Source: an uncultured Thermoanaerobaculia bacterium
Lineage (GTDB): Bacteria; Acidobacteriota; Thermoanaerobaculia; Multivoradales; JBCCEF01
Length of the DNA: 61,147 nt
Direction of reading: 5' to 3'
Assembly: GCA_964573125.1 (NCBI GenBank)
Contig: CAZNIX010000001.1
Coordinates: 1-61,147 of the forward strand
Shown: one piece after another, positions 1 through 10,050 of the stretch
Layout: every line of letters starts with the position of its first letter
Numbering within the stretch: the first letter of the stretch is position 1
Translations under genes and position numbers: made by a program
Notes under the pieces: model-generated
Database searches by the model: none
The model's input: only the letters and a program-made list of their open reading frames with translations
Told to the model about the DNA's origin: nothing

Positions 1-3000
1 CCCGCCGGCGCCCCGCCGGCCGGCGGCGCCGCGCCGGCGGCGCGCGCCGGCTGGATCGCGCGCCTGATCGCGGTCTCGGCGACGAACCCGTGGCTGACCG
101 TGCTGTTCGTGGCGGCGCTCGCGGTGTGGGGCTGGTTCGCGCTGGTGCGCTCGCCGCTCGACGCGATCCCGGACCTCTCCGACGTGCAGGTGATCGTCTT
201 CACCGAGTGGCCGGGCCAGAGCCCGGACATCATCGAGGACCAGGTCACCTACCCGATCGCGGCGGCGCTGTTGGCGGCGCCGCGGGTGGCCTACGTGCGC
301 GGGCAGTCGATGTTCGGGATGTCGTTTCTCTACGTGATCTTCGACGACGGCACGGACCTGTACTGGGCGCGCTCGCGAGTGCTCGAGTACCTCGACGAGG
401 CGCGGGCGCGGCTGCCCGCGGGGGTGACGCCGACGCTCGGTCCGGACGCCACCGGCGTCGGCTGGGTCTACCAGTACGCGCTGATCGACCGCAGCGGCCG
501 GCTCGACCTCCAGGAGCTGCGCAGCCTCCAGGACTGGAACCTCCGCTACGCGCTGGAGAGCGTGCCCGGCGTCGCCGAGGTGGCCTCGGTGGGCGGCTTC
601 GTCAAGGAGTACCAGATCGCGGTCGACCCGGCGCGGCTGGAGGCGTTCGGGGTCACGGTCCAGGAGCTGGCGCGGGCGGTGCGCGAGTCCAACCGCGAGG
701 TCGGCGGCCAGGTGCTCGAGCTGGCCGAGCACGAGGTGATGGTGCGCGGCCGGGGCTGGATCGAGAGCCGGCGCGACCTCGAGCTGGTGGCGCTGCGCGC
801 GAGCGAGCGCGGCGTGGCGGTGCGGATCGGCGACGTCGCCGAGGTGCGGCTGGGCCCGGCGCCGCGGCGGGGCTTCGCCGACCTCGACGGCGAGGGCGAG
901 GCGGTCGGCGGCATCGTGGTCATGCGCTACGGCGAGAACGCGCTGGCGGTGATCGACGCCGTCGAGGAGCGGCTCGCGGAGGTCCGGGCGAGCCTGCCCG
1001 AGGGGGTCGAGCTGGTCGTCACCTACGACCGCTCGGGGCTGATCCGGGAGTCGATCGCCACGCTCACCCACACGCTGATCGAGGAGATGCTGGTGGTCTC
1101 GCTGGTCATCTTCCTCTTCCTGCTCCACGCCCGCAGCTCGCTGGTCGTGATCGTCACCCTGCCGCTCGCGGTGCTGCTCTCGTTCATCCCGATGTCGTTC
1201 CAGGGGCTGACCGCGAACATCATGTCGCTCGGCGGCATCGCGGTCGCGATCGGGGCGATGGTCGACGCCGCGATCATCCTGATCGAAAACGTCCACAAGC
1301 GGCTCGAGCAGTGGCAGGCCGGCGGCCGGCGCGGGGAGCGGCGGGGGGTGATCGTCGCGGCGATGCAGGAGGTCGGGCCGTCGCTGTTCTTCTCGCTGCT
1401 GGTGATCACGGTGTCGTTTCTGCCGGTGTTCACGCTCACCGGGGTCGAGGGGCGGCTGTTCCGGCCGCTCGCGTTCACCAAGACCTACTCGATGGGCTTC
1501 GCCGCGCTGCTCGCGGTGACGCTGACCCCGGCGCTCGCGGCGCTCTTCATCCGCGGCCGGATCCGGCGCGAGGAGGCCAACCCGCTCAACCGCTGGCTGA
1601 TCCGGCTCTACACGCCGGTCGTGCGCTTCGTGGTGCGCCGGCGCTGGCCGGTGGTCGCGGCGGCGGCGCTCGCGGTCGCCGCGACGGTGCCGGCGTTTCT
1701 CGCGCTCGAGAGCGAGTTCATGCCGCCGCTCCATGAGGGGGCGATCCTCTACATGCCGACCGCGCCGCCCGGGATGGCGTCGAGCGAGGCCGTGCGCGTG
1801 CTCCAGGACATGGACCGCAAGCTGCGCGCGTTCCCCGAGGTGGTGTCGGTGTTCGGCAAGATGGGCCGCGCCGAGACCGCGACCGACCCGGCGCCGATCG
1901 GCATGGTCGAGACCGTGATCGTGCTCGAGCCGCGGGAGGAGTGGCGGGAGGGGCTGACCTGGGACGGGCTGATCGCCGAGATGGACGCCGCGCTCTCCTA
2001 CCCCGGCATGCCCAACATCTGGTGGATGCCGATCCAGACCCGCACCGAGATGCTCTCGACCGGCATCCGCGCGCCGCTCGGGGTCAAGGTGTTCGGCGAC
2101 GACCTCGCGGTGGTCGAGCGCGCGGCGGTCGAGATCGAGGGCGTGGTCGCGGCCATCGCGGGCACGCGCAGCGCGTTCGCCGACCGCTCGACCGGCGGCT
2201 TCTACCTCGACGTTGAGGTCGACCGCGAGGCGGCGGCGCGCTACGGGGTGCGCATCGCCGACGTCCACGACGTGGTCGCGACCGCGATCGGCGGGCTCGC
2301 GATCGACGAGACCGTCGAGGGGCGGGAGCGCTACCCGATCGCGGTGCGCTACGCCCGCGGCTTCCGCGAGGACCCCCGCTGGCTCGAGCGCGTCTTGGTC
2401 GCCACCCCCTCGGGCGCCCAGGTGCCGCTGCGCCAGGTGGCGGCGCTGACGTTCGCGACCGGGCCGCCGATGATCCGCAGCGAGGACGGGCGCCTCGTCG
2501 GCTACGTCTTCATCGACCCCGGCGAGCGCCCGCTCGCGGCCTACGTCGAGGAGGCGCGCCGGGCGGTCGCCGCGCGGGTGGCGCTGCCCGCCGGCGTGCG
2601 CATCGAGTGGGCCGGGCAGTTCCGCCACTACGAGAGCGCCAAGGCGCGGCTCAAGATCGTCGTGCCGGTGACGCTGTTCCTGATCGCGCTCCTGCTCTAC
2701 CTCAACACCCGCTCGGTGGTCGAGGTCGGCATCGTGCTGCTCGCGGTGCCGTTCTCGCTGATCGGCGCGGTGTGGCTGCTCTGGCTGCTCGACTACCACC
2801 TGAGCGTCGCGGTCTGGGTCGGCCTGATCGCGCTCGCCGGGCTCGACGCCGAGACCGGGGTCGTGATGCTGCTCTACTTGACGCTCGCCTGGCGGCGGCG
2901 CCGCGAGGAGGGGCGGCTCCGGAACTTCGACGACCTGCGCGAGGCGATCGTCGAGGGCGCGGCGCAGCGCATCCGCCCCAAGCTGATGACCGTGCTCACG

Positions 3001-3207
3001 CTCCTGCTCGGCCTCCTGCCGGTGATGTGGTCCGCCGGCACCGGCGCCGACGTCATGAAGCGGATCGCCGCGCCGATCGTCGGCGGCATCCTCACCTCGT
3101 TCCTCCTCGAGCTGACCGTCTACCCGGCGGTCTTCGCGCTCTGGAAACGGCGGGGGTTGCAGGAGGCTTCGGCCGTTCTCGGGGCAGCCGAAGAGCCGGC
3201 GGCTTGA
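1..3207 (+). CDS. cusA: CusA-type heavy-metal (Cu/Ag) efflux RND inner-membrane pump; 5' end runs off the window
   Basis: The frame of ORF 100..3207 stays open back to nt 1. The upstream residues (..GWIARLIAVSATNPWLTVLF..) already look like CusA TM1, so the GTG at 100 is probably internal. RND hallmarks are present (LDAIPDLSDVQVIV, two large periplasmic loops, 12-TM layout). The three CusA methionine-site contexts are also present: EGAILYMPT, DPAPIGMVET, RTEMLSTGI. Confidence 0.9.
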   Translation, partial: PAGAPPAGGAAPAARAGWIARLIAVSATNPWLTVLFVAALAVWGWFALVRSPLDAIPDLSDVQVIVFTEWPGQSPDIIEDQVTYPIAAALLAAPRVAYVRGQSMFGMSFLYVIFDDGTDLYWARSRVLEYLDEARARLPAGVTPTLGPDATGVGWVYQYALIDRSGRLDLQELRSLQDWNLRYALESVPGVAEVASVGGFVKEYQIAVDPARLEAFGVTVQELARAVRESNREVGGQVLELAEHEVMVRGRGWIESRRDLELVALRASERGVAVRIGDVAEVRLGPAPRRGFADLDGEGEAVGGIVVMRYGENALAVIDAVEERLAEVRASLPEGVELVVTYDRSGLIRESIATLTHTLIEEMLVVSLVIFLFLLHARSSLVVIVTLPLAVLLSFIPMSFQGLTANIMSLGGIAVAIGAMVDAAIILIENVHKRLEQWQAGGRRGERRGVIVAAMQEVGPSLFFSLLVITVSFLPVFTLTGVEGRLFRPLAFTKTYSMGFAALLAVTLTPALAALFIRGRIRREEANPLNRWLIRLYTPVVRFVVRRRWPVVAAAALAVAATVPAFLALESEFMPPLHEGAILYMPTAPPGMASSEAVRVLQDMDRKLRAFPEVVSVFGKMGRAETATDPAPIGMVETVIVLEPREEWREGLTWDGLIAEMDAALSYPGMPNIWWMPIQTRTEMLSTGIRAPLGVKVFGDDLAVVERAAVEIEGVVAAIAGTRSAFADRSTGGFYLDVEVDREAAARYGVRIADVHDVVATAIGGLAIDETVEGRERYPIAVRYARGFREDPRWLERVLVATPSGAQVPLRQVAALTFATGPPMIRSEDGRLVGYVFIDPGERPLAAYVEEARRAVAARVALPAGVRIEWAGQFRHYESAKARLKIVVPVTLFLIALLLYLNTRSVVEVGIVLLAVPFSLIGAVWLLWLLDYHLSVAVWVGLIALAGLDAETGVVMLLYLTLAWRRRREEGRLRNFDDLREAIVEGAAQRIRPKLMTVLTLLLGLLPVMWSAGTGADVMKRIAAPIVGGILTSFLLELTVYPAVFALWKRRGLQEASAVLGAAEEPAA

Positions 3208-3250
3208 CCCCGGCCGGCGCCGGCTCGTCGATCAAGGGCTCCGGGGCCGC

Positions 3251-4402
3251 TCAGAGCTTGCCGCCGAGAGGCCCGTCCTTCGCCTCGTCGCCCAGGGCCG
3301 GCTCGTAGCGCGTGCTTCGACCTCCGCCGGGCAACCGGCGCAGGGCTCCCGTCCGCAGAAGGTCGGCCAGATCGCGGCTCGCCGTCGCCCTCGAGGCACC
3401 GGTGATCGCGACGTACTTCCTGGCGGAGATCCCGCCCTCGAAGCCCTCGGGGCCGGCCCGGAACATGCGCGCCAGCGCCTTGCCCTGGCGCTGGTTCACC
3501 CGATCGCCGAAGCGGCGCCAAAACCGTGCCTTCTCGAGGACGAAGGTGATGGTCGCCCGGGCTCGGAGCTGGGCCTCGAGGACCGTCTCGACGAAATAGC
3601 CGACCCAGTTCGTGACGTCGAGCTCGCCACGGCTCGCCGAGGCCAAGGCCTGGTAGTACCTCTTGCGCTTCGCCTCGATCGCCATCGAGAGGCTGAGCAG
3701 AACCGGACGCCCGAGCTCCTGGCACAAAGCGGTCTCGGAGATCGCGCGGCCGATCCGTCCGTTGCCGTCCGCAAACGGATGGATGCACTCGAAGTGAAGA
3801 TGGGCGACCGCCGCGCGCACGGGACCCGGCAGGTCGCCGGTCTCGCCTCTCGGTGCCGAGCCGTTGAACCACCTGAGGAAGCGCGCCATCTCCCTCGGCA
3901 CGTCGGTCGCCGGCGGCGCCTCGAAGTGCACGACCTCGCGGCCGATGGGGCCGGAGACGACCTGGATCGCGTCATCGCGCCAGGTGCCGACCGGGATGCG
4001 CCGGCGCAGATCGCCCTCGGCGATCACCATGTGATGCCAGTCGAAGAGTCGCCTCGCCGTCAGAGGCTCGCGGAAGCGCTCCCGCACCGAGATCATGAGC
4101 GCGGCGATCCCGTCGGCGCGCGGGTCGGCGACGGGCTCCGGCGTCCGGTTGAGCCGCAGCCGGTTCCGAATCGAGGACCGCACGTCGCCCCGATCGAGAT
4201 CCTCGCCCTCGATCGAGGAGGTCGTGATCGCCTCGGACACCATGAGGTCGATCAAGGCCTCCGTCTGCTCTTCGTCGCCGAGTTGGGCGACGCTCCCTTT
4301 GAGCGCATTCGCCTCGGCGGCGTAGCGATAGAGCGCGCCGTGTACGCCCTGGAGGTCGAAGCGGAACCGGGGCCAGCCCTCTCGTGCCCAGATGTACGTC
4401 AT
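3251..4402 (-). CDS. Fic family protein (AMPylase-type) with C-terminal winged-helix-like tail
   Basis: ORF 3251..4435. The likely start is ATG 4402 (MTYIWAREGWPRF, the typical Fic N-terminal IW..WP motif). The canonical Fic motif HPFADGNGRIGRA is present. The C-terminal ARKYVAITGASRATASRDLADL looks like an HTH. Confidence 0.9.
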   Translation of the reverse strand: MTYIWAREGWPRFRFDLQGVHGALYRYAAEANALKGSVAQLGDEEQTEALIDLMVSEAITTSSIEGEDLDRGDVRSSIRNRLRLNRTPEPVADPRADGIAALMISVRERFREPLTARRLFDWHHMVIAEGDLRRRIPVGTWRDDAIQVVSGPIGREVVHFEAPPATDVPREMARFLRWFNGSAPRGETGDLPGPVRAAVAHLHFECIHPFADGNGRIGRAISETALCQELGRPVLLSLSMAIEAKRKRYYQALASASRGELDVTNWVGYFVETVLEAQLRARATITFVLEKARFWRRFGDRVNQRQGKALARMFRAGPEGFEGGISARKYVAITGASRATASRDLADLLRTGALRRLPGGGRSTRYEPALGDEAKDGPLGGKL

Positions 4403-4538
4403 CGCGCGTACCCTCTGCCGCGCCGATTCTAGCACTCATTCGACTCACATGACCCTGCGACATGAGCCGAATCGCCGACCTATTCGGCTCATCGCCTGCC
4501 CGCGCCGTGTTCCCGCCGGCCGGGCGGGATAGCATCTC

Positions 4539-5444
4539 GTGGCGATGGAGACCGCCCGCCGCCCCGGTCCGCTCGCCACCCCCCTCGCCACGCTGCGGGC
4601 CGTGCTCGAGATGATCAAGTTCGAGCACACCCTGTTCGCGCTGCCGTTCGCGCTGCTCGGGATGATCCTCGCCGCCGAGGGGATGCCGCCGGCGCGCACC
4701 TTCGGCTGGATCGTGGTCGCGATGGTCGGCGCGCGCAGCGCGGCGATGGGCTTCAACCGGCTCGCCGACCGCCGGCTCGACGCCGAGAACCCGCGCACCG
4801 CGGCCCGCGCGCTGCCCGCCGGCGAGGTCTCGCCGCGGGCGGTCGCGCTGTTCGTCGCGGCGAGCTGCGCGCTGCTCGTCCTCGCCGCCTGGCGGCTCAA
4901 CCCGCTGGCTCTCGCGCTCTCGCCGCTCGCGCTCGCGATCGTCCTCGGCTACTCCTACACCAAGCGCTTCACCTGGGCCTCGCACTTGGTGCTCGGGCTC
5001 GGGCTCGCCGGGGCGCCGCTCGGGGCGTGGATCGCGGTCCGGGGCGAGGTCGCGGCCGCGCCGCTCGCCCTCGCCGGCGCGGTGCTCCTCTGGGTCGCCG
5101 GGTTCGACGTCCTCTACGCGCTCCAGGACCTCGAGTTCGACCGCCGGCGCGGCCTCCACTCGATCCCGGCCCGGTTCGGGGTCCGGGGCGCGCTCGTGCT
5201 GTCGGCGCTGCTCCACGCCGGCGTGCTGGCGCTCCTCGCCTGGATGCCGGCGCTCTACCGGCCGGGCCACCTCGGCGCCGGCTGGTGGATCGGCTGGGCG
5301 GGGTGTCTGGGCCTGCTCGCCTGGCAGCACTGGGTAGTGCGGCCGGCGGACCTCTCGCGCCTCAACGCGGCGTTTTTCTCCGCCAACGCGGCGCTCTCGG
5401 CGTGGCTCTTCGCCGCCGCGGCGGTTGATATACTGCGCGCCTGA
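4539..5444 (+). CDS. UbiA-family polyprenyltransferase (MqnP-like, menaquinone via futalosine)
   Basis: This is a 301-aa polytopic membrane protein. It has the Asp-rich prenyltransferase motifs NRLADRRLD and YALQDLEFD and an N-terminal [15 protein letters not shown]. Its stop overlaps the next start (TGATG at 5442-5446), coupling it to the mqnE-like gene. Confidence 0.85.
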   Translation: MAMETARRPGPLATPLATLRAVLEMIKFEHTLFALPFALLGMILAAEGMPPARTFGWIVVAMVGARSAAMGFNRLADRRLDAENPRTAARALPAGEVSPRAVALFVAASCALLVLAAWRLNPLALALSPLALAIVLGYSYTKRFTWASHLVLGLGLAGAPLGAWIAVRGEVAAAPLALAGAVLLWVAGFDVLYALQDLEFDRRRGLHSIPARFGVRGALVLSALLHAGVLALLAWMPALYRPGHLGAGWWIGWAGCLGLLAWQHWVVRPADLSRLNAAFFSANAALSAWLFAAAAVDILRA

Positions 5445-6649
5445 TGACGGCGCCGCCGAGCCCCCGCCAGGCCCTGGAACCCGCGACCTTCCCCGCCCCG
5501 TTGCGGGACCTGGCGGCCAAGGTGCGCGCCGGCGAGCGGCTCGACGAGGCCGACGCGCTCGCCTGCTTTTCGACCCCGCACGTCCTCCATCTCGGCCGGC
5601 TCGCCGACGCCGTGCGCAAGTCGCTCCACGGCAACCGCGCCTACTTCAACCTCAACCGGCACATCAACCCGACCAACGTCTGCGTCTACACCTACAACTG
5701 CAAGTTCTGCGGCTTCGCGGCGCTCCCGGGCGAGGACCACGCCTGGGAGATGAGCCACGAGGAGGTCTACCGGCGCGCCGCCGAGCAGGGGGGCAACGAG
5801 GTCACCGAGTTCCACATCGTCGGCGGCCTCCACCCCGAGCTGCGGATGAGCTGGTACGAGGAGATGCTGCGCGGCCTCAAGGAGCGCTTCCCGCGCGTCC
5901 ACCTCAAGGCCTTCACCGCGATCGAGGTCGGCTGGTTCGCCAAGCTCGAGAAGCTCTCGATCGAGGAAGTCCTGGTGCGCCTGCGCGCGGCCGGCCTCGG
6001 TTCGCTCCCCGGCGGCGGCGCCGAGATCTTCCACCCCGAGGTGCGCGAGGTGATCTGCGACGGCAAGCTCGACGCCGGCGAGTGGCTCGAGGTCCACCGC
6101 GTCGCCCACCGCCTCGGCATCCCGTCCAACTGCACCATGCTCTACGGCCACGTCGAGGGCCCCGAGCACCGGGTCGACCACCTGCTGCGGCTGCGCGCGC
6201 TCCAGGACGAGTCGCTGGCGCGGGCGGCGGCGACCGGGAGCGGCGCCGCGTTCAACGCGTTCATCCCGCTCGCCTACCACCCGGAGAACAACTACCTCGG
6301 GCTCAAGTACCACACCGCCGGCAGCGACGACCTGCGCACGATCGCGACCTCGCGCCTGGTGCTCGACAACGTCCCCCACGTCAAGGCCTACTGGGTGATG
6401 ATCACCCCCAAGCTGGCCCAGGTGGCGCTGCGCTTCGGCGCCGACGACATCGACGGCACGGTGGTCGAGGAGCGCATCTACCACATGGCCGGCGCCGAGA
6501 CCGACCAGCAGCTCCCGCGCGCCGAGCTGGAGCGGGTGCTCCGCCTGGCCGGCTTCGAGCCGGTCGAGCGCGACACGCTGTACCGTCCGATCGACCGCCC
6601 GATCGCGCGCGCGGCCGAGCTCGTCCCCGAACCGGTGGCGGTGGCCTAG
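5444..6649 (+). CDS. mqnE: Radical-SAM menaquinone biosynthesis enzyme, aminodeoxyfutalosine synthase (MqnE)-like
   Basis: 401 aa. Motifs seen: HINPTNVCVYTYNCKFCGF (Fe-S Cys cluster region), TEFHIVGGLHPEL, VHLKAFTAIEV, LPGGGAEIF and GADDIDGTVVEERIYHMAGA. This is the pattern of the MqnE/MqnC/CofH family, and from memory of family motifs it is closest to MqnE. Confidence 0.75.
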   Translation: MTAPPSPRQALEPATFPAPLRDLAAKVRAGERLDEADALACFSTPHVLHLGRLADAVRKSLHGNRAYFNLNRHINPTNVCVYTYNCKFCGFAALPGEDHAWEMSHEEVYRRAAEQGGNEVTEFHIVGGLHPELRMSWYEEMLRGLKERFPRVHLKAFTAIEVGWFAKLEKLSIEEVLVRLRAAGLGSLPGGGAEIFHPEVREVICDGKLDAGEWLEVHRVAHRLGIPSNCTMLYGHVEGPEHRVDHLLRLRALQDESLARAAATGSGAAFNAFIPLAYHPENNYLGLKYHTAGSDDLRTIATSRLVLDNVPHVKAYWVMITPKLAQVALRFGADDIDGTVVEERIYHMAGAETDQQLPRAELERVLRLAGFEPVERDTLYRPIDRPIARAAELVPEPVAVA

Positions 6650-6673
6650 CGCCCTCGGGCCTCGAAGGCGCGC

Positions 6674-7324
6674 GTGGCCGACCAGCCCCTCCCCTTCCAC
6701 TACCTCGCGGTCGACGGCCCGATCGGGGTCGGCAAGACGACGCTGGTCGACCTCCTCACCCGCCGCTTCGAAGGGGTCAAGATCCTCGAAGACGCCGACA
6801 ACCCGTTCCTCGGCGACTTCTACCGCGACCGCCAGGGGGCGGCGTTCCAGACCCAGCTCTACTACCTGCTGTCGCGCTTCAAGCAGCAGCAGGACGTCCA
6901 GCAGCGCGACCTCTTCGAGCGCCTGCTGGTCGCCGACTACACGTTCCAGAAGGACCGCATCTTCGCCTACCTGACGCTCGGCGACGACGAGCTGATGCTC
7001 TACGACAAGCTCTACACGCTGCTCGAGCCGCAGGTGCCGACCCCCGACCTCGTGCTCTTCCTCGCCGCCGACGTCGCGACCTGCATGGAGCGGATCAGGA
7101 AGCGCTCCCGCGACTACGAGCGCACCATCTCGCCCGACTACCTGCGCGAAGTGATCGACGCCTACAACCACTACTACCACTACTACAACCGCACCCCGCT
7201 CCTGGTCGTCGACACCCGCGAGCGCAACTTCCCGGAGCGCCCCGAGGACCTCGACGACCTGGTGGCGCGGCTGCGGCGGCCGATCAAGGGGACGGAGTAC
7301 TACGTGCCGCGGGGCGCGGGGTAG
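6674..7324 (+). CDS. Deoxynucleoside kinase family protein
   Basis: 216 aa. It has an N-terminal P-loop VDGPIGVGKTTL, a dNK-like QKDRIFA segment and an Arg-rich lid IRKRSRDYER. Size and order of motifs fit the dAK/dGK family. Confidence 0.8.
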   Translation: MADQPLPFHYLAVDGPIGVGKTTLVDLLTRRFEGVKILEDADNPFLGDFYRDRQGAAFQTQLYYLLSRFKQQQDVQQRDLFERLLVADYTFQKDRIFAYLTLGDDELMLYDKLYTLLEPQVPTPDLVLFLAADVATCMERIRKRSRDYERTISPDYLREVIDAYNHYYHYYNRTPLLVVDTRERNFPERPEDLDDLVARLRRPIKGTEYYVPRGAG

Positions 7325-7399
7325 GGGAACCCGGGCCGTGACGACGCGCGCGCGCCTCCGCCCCGGCCGCCGCCCGGCGCGACCCGAGATCGACCCGGG

Positions 7400-8605
7400 G
7401 TGACCGCGCGCCGCGTCCGCGCGCTGCGCCTGGCCGCCGTCGCCTTCGGCGTCGCGGCGGCCGCGGGAGTGGGCGAGATCGCGTGCCGTCTCCTCCTCGA
7501 CCCCCCGCACGCGCTGCGCTTCGCTGCGGCCGCCGAGGAGGGCCTCGAGGCGGAGGGCCTGCCCGACGCCGTCTTCTACCTCGAGACGCCGCTCGGCAAC
7601 CGGCTCAAGGCCAACGCCGAGGGCGTCGTCCGCGGCCACTACCTCCACGGCGGCGACGTCCCGCTGCGCACCAACCGGTTCGGCTTTCGCGGCCCGGAGG
7701 TCGTCTTCGACGACCGCTTCCGGGTCCTCTTCCTGGGCGACTCGATCACCCTCGGCGACTACCTGCGCGAGGAGCAGACCTTCGTCCACCGGGTCGGCGC
7801 GCGGTCGCTCGGCTCGGCCCACCCCGTGCAGGCGATCAACGCCGGCGTCGGGGCGATCGGGGTCGAGGAGTCCTTCCACATCCTGCGCGAGACCGGTCCG
7901 CTGATCGCGCCCCACGCCGTCGTGCTCGACCTCTACCTCAACGACGCCGCCCCCTCGCCGGCGGTGCGTCTGATGCCGGTGCCGCGCGGCCTGCGCTGGA
8001 GCCGCCTGGCCCAGCACCTCTACCAGGCGCTCAGCGTGCTGCGCTCCCGCGACGGCGGCGACGGCGCCGCCGGCGGCCCGTCGTCGGCCGAGCTGGAGCG
8101 GTGGCGGGAGCAGGCCGCCGAGCGCTACCCGGGGGCGCCGGGCGACTGGCGCACCGAGCGGGCCGCCTACAACCAGGCGATGGTGAAGTGGTTCCACGAC
8201 TGGGGCGCCGCCTACAGCGACGGCGGCCAGCGGCGGATCCTCGACTTCGGCCGGCGGATCGTCGAGCTCGGCCGGTCGCTCGGCGCCCAGCCGCTGGTGG
8301 TCCTCCACCCGACCCGTTTCCAGGTCGAAGCGGAGTTCGACGCCGGCGAGCCGCAGCAGGCGTTCGTCGACTCCTTCGCCGCCGCGGGCGTGCCGGTGCT
8401 CGACCTGCTGCCGGAGCTGCGGGCGGAGTACCGGGAGCACCCGCGCCCCCTGTTCTACGACCAGTGCCACCACACCGCCGAAGGCGCCGCCCTGGTCGGC
8501 GATTGGATCTACGGGTTCCTCGAACGATCGGTCCGGTGGCGCGACCTCCCGCGTCCGGAGGTCCCGCCCGCCGACCGCGACCCGCCGGCCGCCGGAGGGT
8601 CGTGA
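7400..8605 (+). CDS. SGNH/GDSL hydrolase family protein
   Basis: 401 aa with an N-terminal hydrophobic anchor/signal. The SGNH blocks are VLFLGDSITLGDY (block I), LYLNDAA (block III) and YDQCHHT (block V, D..H). Confidence 0.7.
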   Translation: MTARRVRALRLAAVAFGVAAAAGVGEIACRLLLDPPHALRFAAAAEEGLEAEGLPDAVFYLETPLGNRLKANAEGVVRGHYLHGGDVPLRTNRFGFRGPEVVFDDRFRVLFLGDSITLGDYLREEQTFVHRVGARSLGSAHPVQAINAGVGAIGVEESFHILRETGPLIAPHAVVLDLYLNDAAPSPAVRLMPVPRGLRWSRLAQHLYQALSVLRSRDGGDGAAGGPSSAELERWREQAAERYPGAPGDWRTERAAYNQAMVKWFHDWGAAYSDGGQRRILDFGRRIVELGRSLGAQPLVVLHPTRFQVEAEFDAGEPQQAFVDSFAAAGVPVLDLLPELRAEYREHPRPLFYDQCHHTAEGAALVGDWIYGFLERSVRWRDLPRPEVPPADRDPPAAGGS

Positions 8606-8903
8606 AGTGGCGGCCGAGCCCGCGTCGCTCGGCGCGCAAAGTCTCGCTCGCACCGGCGCGGCGGCGCCGCGCGCCGGCACCAGGCTGGCCGAGAACGCCG
8701 CCGCGCCGGCGGCGAGCGCGACGATTCGCATTCGCCGGGCGGCCCGTTGTTGAGTTAGACTGGAGCGCACCGCTTGGATCCCGGGGGCCGGCGTCGCGCC
8801 GGCGGGACCGAGACGGAAGGCAGCATTCCCCCGCCGGCAGCCTGCCCAGGCAGCCGAGCCCGATCGCTGGACCCGCAGGGTGCGGGCCGGCAGAGGAGGC
8901 GCG

Positions 8904-9905
8904 ATGAGCGACCGTCCGCAGAAGCTCCGCTCCGAGCAGAGCGGTCCCGACACGTCCCGTCCCGACACGATCACCGTCCCGTGGGTGACCGAGGCGCCCG
9001 GCCGCGGCGAGCGGCTGGTGATGGTCACCGCGTACGACTACCCGCAGGCGCGCACCGCCGACGCCGCCGGCGTCGACCTCGTCCTGGTCGGCGACTCGCT
9101 GGCGATGGTCGTGCTCGGCCATCCCGACACCCTGGCGGTGACCCTCGAGGAGATGCTCCACCACGTCAAGGCGGTGCGCCGCGGCGTCGCCCGCGCGCTG
9201 CTCGTCGCCGACATGCCCTACGGCTCGTTCCACCTCGGGCCCGAGCAGGCGGTCGGGAGCGCGCTCCGCTTCGTCAAGGAGGGGGGCGCCCAGGCGGTCA
9301 AGATCGAGGGCGCCCGGCCCGAGGTCGTCGCCGCGCTGGTCGCCGCCGAGATCCCGGTGATGGCCCACCTCGGCCTCACCCCGCAGTCGCTCCACCGCTT
9401 CGGCGGCTACAAGGTCCAGGGGCGCGGCGAGGCGGCGCGCGCGGCGCTGCTCGAAGCCGCGGTCGCGATGGAGGCGGCCGGCGCCTTCTCGCTCGTCCTC
9501 GAGTGCGTGCCCGAGGATCTCGCCGCCGAGGTCTCCGCGCGGCTCGCGATCCCGACCGTCGGCATCGGCGCCGGCGCCGGCTGCGACGGCCAGGTGCTCG
9601 TCTACCACGACCTCCTCGGCATGGAGGAGCGGATCGCGCCGCGCTTCGTCCGCCGCTACGCCGAGCTGGGCCGCGCCGCGCGCGAGGCGATCGCCGCGTT
9701 CGCCGCCGACGTCCGCGCCGGCCGCTTCCCGTCCGCCGCCGAGAGCTACGGCGATCCCACCCGGCCGGCCGCGGACGCGACCGGCGCCCGCTCGAGCGCG
9801 CCGTCCGCCGCGCCGTCCGCGCCCCCGCCCCGCCACGGCGCGCCGGGAGCCGAGCCGAGCGCCGCCAGGGACTCCGAGCCCGCCGCCCGGCGGCTCTACG
9901 GCTGA
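8904..9905 (+). CDS. panB: 3-methyl-2-oxobutanoate hydroxymethyltransferase with Pro/Ala-rich C-terminal tail
   Basis: ORF 8880..9905; ATG 8904 is preceded by GAGGAGG. Motifs: VTAYDYPQARTADAAGVDLVLVGDSLAMVVLGH, VKIEGA, GHLGLTPQS. The last ~70 aa are low-complexity P/A/S-rich. Confidence 0.95.
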   Translation: MSDRPQKLRSEQSGPDTSRPDTITVPWVTEAPGRGERLVMVTAYDYPQARTADAAGVDLVLVGDSLAMVVLGHPDTLAVTLEEMLHHVKAVRRGVARALLVADMPYGSFHLGPEQAVGSALRFVKEGGAQAVKIEGARPEVVAALVAAEIPVMAHLGLTPQSLHRFGGYKVQGRGEAARAALLEAAVAMEAAGAFSLVLECVPEDLAAEVSARLAIPTVGIGAGAGCDGQVLVYHDLLGMEERIAPRFVRRYAELGRAAREAIAAFAADVRAGRFPSAAESYGDPTRPAADATGARSSAPSAAPSAPPPRHGAPGAEPSAARDSEPAARRLYG

Positions 9906-10050
9906 TCCCGGGCGCGCCACCGTCACCGGACCGCGCGAGGCAGAGGCATGGGCACCGCACCCACCCCGGCACAGCTCCGCACCGCGCCGGCGATCGGGCC
10001 GAGCCCGGAGCCTGCCGCCACCCGGCTGCGCGGAGCGAGGACCTGACGCG

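Noticed and set aside
90-1736. 548-aa ORF in an alternative frame of cusA
   Set aside because: It is an Arg/Gly/Ala-rich shadow frame; the overlapping frame carries the full CusA signature.
5255-9028. 1257-aa minus-strand ORF, together with 8031..10223(-), 5425..7341(+), 7483..8907(+), 8774..10873(+) and 9376..10992(-), overlapping the mqnE, dNK, SGNH, panB and panC genes
   Set aside because: The translations are Arg/Pro/Gly/Ala-rich low complexity with no motifs. They lie antisense or out of frame to genes with unmistakable family signatures. Long stop-free alternative frames are expected in DNA this G+C-rich.
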